From Acidobacteriota bacterium (lineage in GTDB: Bacteria > Acidobacteriota > UBA6911), in the NCBI GenBank assembly GCA_037386985.1, contig JARRLM010000001.1, positions 2,495-31,376 on the forward strand: DNA of 28,882 bases, given 5' to 3'. A program made the position numbers and the translations under genes. Positions 25,082-28,882 of the stretch are shown one piece after another. Every line of letters starts with the position of its first letter. Position 1 is the first letter of the stretch. The notes below the pieces were generated by a model. The model was not told the origin of the DNA and searched no databases. It was given only the letters and a program-made list of their open reading frames with translations.

Positions 25082-26665
25082 ATGGATCCTTTGTGGATAG
25101 CTGCAGCATTTGTTTTTGGAGCTATTTCCGGCAGAGTGGGATTGCCTCCGCTCGTGGGTTTTTTAATTGCTGGGTTCGTTCTCAAAGATTTCGATATAGA
25201 AGGAGGAGATTTCCTGGCTAGGGTTTCCGATATAGGTGTGACGCTGCTTCTTTTTACCATAGGACTTAAATTGAAATTGAAGAGTCTTGCCAAACCTGAA
25301 GTATGGGCAGGAGGCCCTTTACATATGCTGATCACAATTGTCGTTTTCGGGGGCGGTATCCTTATCCTTGGGATTTGGCAAGTTCCATACTTCAATCATC
25401 TGAGGTTGCAAAACTCTCTCTTGATTGCTTTTGCGTTAAGTTTTTCAAGCACCGTTTTCGCTGTCAAAATGCTTGAACAGAAGAAAGAAACGGCATCCAA
25501 ACATGGAGCGGTTGCCATAGGGATTCTGATTATGCAGGATGTGATTGCGGTCATCTTTCTTGCATTATCATCCGGTAAGATCCCGTCGCCATGGGCTGCA
25601 GCATTAGTTCCGGCACTGCTCATCCTAAAACCACTTGCGGGGAAATTTGTTCGTCAATGCGGTCATGGTGAAATGCTTATTCTGTTCGGTATTCTTATGA
25701 CGCTGGTCGGCTACAGGAGTTTTGAACTGGTTGGATTGAAAGGCGACCTCGGCGCTCTGATATTCGGGATGCTTCTGGCGTCGAATCCAGTGGCACACGA
25801 ACTGTCAGAAAGGTTGCTAGGTTTTAAGGACCTGCTCTTGGTAGGATTTTTCCTCAATATTGGTATGTCGGGATTGCCGACTCCGGCTGGATTTGCGGTT
25901 GCGCTAGGTCTGGCCGTAGTAATGTTACTGAAACCTATAATCTACTTTTTTGTCCTTACAAGGTTCAGACTGCGTGCCAGGACCTCGATGCTGGCATCCT
26001 TCGGCCTTGCCAATTACAGTGAGTTCGGTCTTATTGTCGGGACAATCAGTGTAAGCAAAGGTTGGTTGGGGACGGATTGGTTAATTATTATCGCTATTGC
26101 ACTGTCTTTGACATTTATAATGGCCGCACCTCTCAATGCGGCTGCACACCAAATGTATACCCGGCTTGCATCTAAATTGAAACGGTTTGAAACTACTAAA
26201 CGCCTTTTGGAAGATACACCGATTGATAGCGGAAATGCCCAAATTGTAATCATCGGTATGGGGAGAGTTGGCACAAGCACTTATGATGCAATACAGGAGC
26301 AACATGGAGACGTTGTTATGGGCATCGATTTTTCTCTCGACAACGTGAACGCGCAGCAGGCCCAAGGTAGAAATGTTGTATACGGGGATGCTGAGGACAG
26401 CGACTTTTGGGATCGCGTCGATCCGTCCAGGAGCCGGGTTCATGTTGTAATGCTTGCCCTTCCAGATGTCGAAGCCTCTGTATTTGCTATTCGACAGATG
26501 TACCAGAAAGGATATACAGGGCAAATTGCCGCATCCGTGCGGTACGAGGATGAAATACCCGTATTGCAAAAAGAGGGTGTTCATGCAACCTACAGTTTGT
26601 ATGAAGAAGCGGGTGCCGGATTTGCCGCACATGTACTTGCCAACCTGGATGTTGATATGCTTTGA
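25082..26665 (+). CDS. CPA2 cation:proton antiporter with C-terminal TrkA-N/KTN domain (KefB/KefC-like)
   Basis: GLPPLVGFLIAG, LFTIGLKL, FSSTVFAVK, GILIMQD, IGMGRVG Rossmann motif, YGDAED. Confidence 0.92.
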   Translation: MDPLWIAAAFVFGAISGRVGLPPLVGFLIAGFVLKDFDIEGGDFLARVSDIGVTLLLFTIGLKLKLKSLAKPEVWAGGPLHMLITIVVFGGGILILGIWQVPYFNHLRLQNSLLIAFALSFSSTVFAVKMLEQKKETASKHGAVAIGILIMQDVIAVIFLALSSGKIPSPWAAALVPALLILKPLAGKFVRQCGHGEMLILFGILMTLVGYRSFELVGLKGDLGALIFGMLLASNPVAHELSERLLGFKDLLLVGFFLNIGMSGLPTPAGFAVALGLAVVMLLKPIIYFFVLTRFRLRARTSMLASFGLANYSEFGLIVGTISVSKGWLGTDWLIIIAIALSLTFIMAAPLNAAAHQMYTRLASKLKRFETTKRLLEDTPIDSGNAQIVIIGMGRVGTSTYDAIQEQHGDVVMGIDFSLDNVNAQQAQGRNVVYGDAEDSDFWDRVDPSRSRVHVVMLALPDVEASVFAIRQMYQKGYTGQIAASVRYEDEIPVLQKEGVHATYSLYEEAGAGFAAHVLANLDVDML

Positions 26666-26739
26666 CTTTCTTTCCAGTTTGAGAAAAGATCAACAAGGAT
26701 TTGCGGGCATCTCACCACCTTCCCCGACAACCGTAAACT

Positions 26740-26816
26740 CCCTCAAAATGCCCCTGCTGTGCCCAAAATTGTGTCCGCGAGAATCCAAGCGTATCCAACT
26801 CCAGCCAACTGGAGCC
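26740..26816 (+). repeat. 77-bp dispersed repeat copy 3
   Basis: 68/77 identical to 7852-7928; no tRNA core recognisable upstream. Confidence 0.9.
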
Positions 26817-26897
26817 TGCACAAAGAAGTTTAATGTGTGAAGAGTAAAACAAACAACTATCAGGCAAACCCGGAGTGGTTCAATTGTTGTTGTACTC

Positions 26898-27734
26898 TTA
26901 ATTCCCTCCTCGTCGGTTCATTGGATATCCCCCTGGATTACGGATAAACGGCCAGGCGAACAGCCACAGCAGAGTGAGTTGCCCCGAGTCGCGGAACTTG
27001 TTTAGACCAATCGTCATGTCTTCGTGCCCCCCGGTTGGTTGAGCGCGGTAGGTGCCGAGCAACCGATCCCACCAGGGCAGGTTGAATCCAAAGTTCGAGT
27101 TCGTCTCCTTTGGGTTCACCGAGTGATGCACCCGATGCATGTCTGGAGTGACGACAATCAGACGCAGCAACCGCTCAACACCGGAATGAATCAGAACATT
27201 GCCATGATTGAACATAGAGGTGCCATTTAACAGCACCTCGAAGATAAGCACCGCCAGCATAGGGGGGCCTAGCACCGCAACCGCCCCCAACTTTATACCT
27301 AGGGATAAAATGATTTCTATTGGGTGAAAGCGCAGGCCGGTCGTCACATCAAGGTCCAGGTCCACATGATGCATGCTGTGTAGACGCCACAGCGCTGGAA
27401 CTGAGTGAAACAGTACGTGTTGGAAATAGATGATGAAATCGAGCGCGACCACTCCAAGAACGACGGCCAACCATTCAGGGAGCGCCCAATTATTTAATAA
27501 TCCCCAACCGCGCTCTTGAGCAAGCAGTGCCATGCCTATTGGAGCCGTCGAGGCGCCGATCAAGGATATCAGGCTCACCATGACGGTGTTGAGAAAGATG
27601 ATCCAAAGGTTGCTGAACCACCGAATCTTCTTGGAAGTTGTCAAAGAACGGCGTGGTGCGGATATTTCCCAGACAGCCATGACGGCTAAGATACCGAAGA
27701 AGAATCCCATCCGAATGCCAACTTCATGTGTCAT
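26898..27734 (-). CDS. Sterol desaturase / fatty acid hydroxylase family membrane di-iron protein
   Basis: His boxes HVLFH, HSMHH, FNHGN, HRVHH; LRFHPIE; NSNFG. Confidence 0.9.
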   Translation of the reverse strand: MTHEVGIRMGFFFGILAVMAVWEISAPRRSLTTSKKIRWFSNLWIIFLNTVMVSLISLIGASTAPIGMALLAQERGWGLLNNWALPEWLAVVLGVVALDFIIYFQHVLFHSVPALWRLHSMHHVDLDLDVTTGLRFHPIEIILSLGIKLGAVAVLGPPMLAVLIFEVLLNGTSMFNHGNVLIHSGVERLLRLIVVTPDMHRVHHSVNPKETNSNFGFNLPWWDRLLGTYRAQPTGGHEDMTIGLNKFRDSGQLTLLWLFAWPFIRNPGGYPMNRRGGN

Positions 27735-27859
27735 AGGAGGCGTTCTCTCTTATATAAGCCTAGTGGCAACAACAATCAGTAGCAACGCTTTTTCACTGCC
27801 ATCCTTAGTCCTCTTGTTAAAATCATCCTCATGGATTGCCATCCGGTTTAGAGTAACGC

Positions 27860-28090
27860 TTAAATCTCATATTCAGGTACTCTCTCTTTCACGATTCCAA
27901 AACGAATTTTTAACCACGTCCGTTCATGAGAATAATAGACTATAAGTTTAATAAGCGTGTCCGCGATCCCTGCCTTCACTCCGATTTCAGCTTGACCGGT
28001 AATGGCCCAAACGATCCCTCCCGTGATGAAGGTCGCAATAAACCGCCTACTCAATGCCTTCACAACGCTTCGACGTCTTAGTTCCATCAT
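27860..28090 (-). CDS. DUF2061 domain small membrane protein
   Basis: RRSVVKALSRRFIATFIT...IKLIVYYSHERTW. Confidence 0.8.
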   Translation of the reverse strand: MMELRRRSVVKALSRRFIATFITGGIVWAITGQAEIGVKAGIADTLIKLIVYYSHERTWLKIRFGIVKERVPEYEI

Positions 28091-28103
28091 TCACTCATTC
28101 CTT

Positions 28104-28563
28104 TCAGATACCGGCCATCAAAAAGCCGCCGCTGCGTTCTTCCACGATTTCTTGGTCTCTTTCGATCAAATCCTCAATCGTTGTTTGGTCTATAATCGCC
28201 GAAACCGAATCGCTTACCCTAAGGCAGGGGTTCAAATAAAGCGTTATGGCGACCACTTGATTTAATTTTCCGCTCCAGTTTCATTCGATTTCCCAGCGGG
28301 GCCAGCGGCCCAACGATCAAACGGATTACTGAACCAATCGCGATCTGGTTTGGTGTTAACTCTAACTGGTATCCGCCGGAACGGTCTTTGTCGATCTAAA
28401 CCATCCGTCCTCTTTTCAGTACAGTCATGATGTTCTCAAGAAATTAATACGGGATGCTCTCCCCTTGGAGATGTCCTTCAACTGCACAACGCCTCCTCTG
28501 TTACGCCTCCTCAAATGGACAAGTATTTTTAGAGCATGTTCACCCTTTGTTTGATACCTTCAA
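28104..28563 (-). pseudogene. Decayed Rrf2 family (CymR/IscR-like) transcriptional regulator
   Basis: Pieces across frames: (TTG)KVSNKG / EHALKILVHL...VVQLKDISK / ESIPY*FLENIMTVLKRG..*..GGYQL..PNQIAIGSVIRLIVGPLA / VSAIIDQTTIEDLIERD...FLMAGI*. Confidence 0.8.
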
Positions 28564-28838
28564 TTTTATTACTCCAGTATTCCTATCTAAAAACTAGGAA
28601 TTTACGCATACAGTTGCTTCTTGTCAAGAAGAATACTGGTTTTCTATTGGGAATGTGTGGGTTTAGACTGCTGCTGGCCGATAGGAAAAACAAACGCTTA
28701 TTTTTACCTGTAAATCCGGTTTGCTTTGTCCAAACTATCGAGTGGCTATCAGGAAGAGGTGCATTTGCGGAAGTCAAAAAAAGCTGCTAAAGCATTGAAT
28801 TAATATCGATAGTGTCACATGGTACCAAGGGTAGGTTC

Positions 28839-28882
28839 GGACTTAAAATCCTGGGACCTGTAAGGGTCGTGTGGGTTCGATT
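28839..28882 (+). tRNA. 3' fragment of tRNA-Leu(UAA), probable att core; cut by the window end
   Basis: GGA-CTTAAAA-TCC, long variable arm GACC/GGTC, T-arm start GTGGG-TTCGATT; upstream sequence forms no D-arm and only 3 bp of anticodon stem. Confidence 0.78.

Overview
About 29 kb of accessory, heavily rearranged bacterial DNA; an Acidobacteriota-like host is inferred from a secreted-protein type and two remnants of a Ser/Thr-kinase family. Left to right: (1) two tiny Lys-rich ORFs missed by the ORF track (250-532), convergent with an intact four-gene GT4/GH130 operon (554-6357); (2) a decayed methyltransferase and a 77-bp integrase-arm-like repeat; (3) a putative beta-keto-acid catabolic cluster (BKACE, cupin, SDR, cyclase, 3-hydroxyacyl dehydrogenase, IclR) whose CoA-transferase genes are broken; (4) a 4,511-bp Recombinase-In-Trio (RIT)-type element (14641-19151) with 15-bp terminal inverted repeats, a 6-bp flanking direct repeat (TCATGG), IHF-like sites, two extra upstream genes (Cys-cluster protein and wHTH protein) and a 69-bp-period triple repeat, whose removal restores an RBS plus MSMIGKTLGHY start; (5) a CocE/NonD hydrolase, FAD oxidoreductase and flavoprotein operon; (6) island-end debris: DUF4177 pseudogene, type III restriction tail, and an attP-like junction built on a tRNA-Phe 3' fragment; (7) a CPA2 antiporter, sterol-desaturase-family gene, DUF2061, a decayed Rrf2 regulator and a tRNA-Leu 3' fragment at the window edge. 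The best candidate for an undescribed system is the five-gene RIT variant. All family assignments are from motif recognition; no database search was run.
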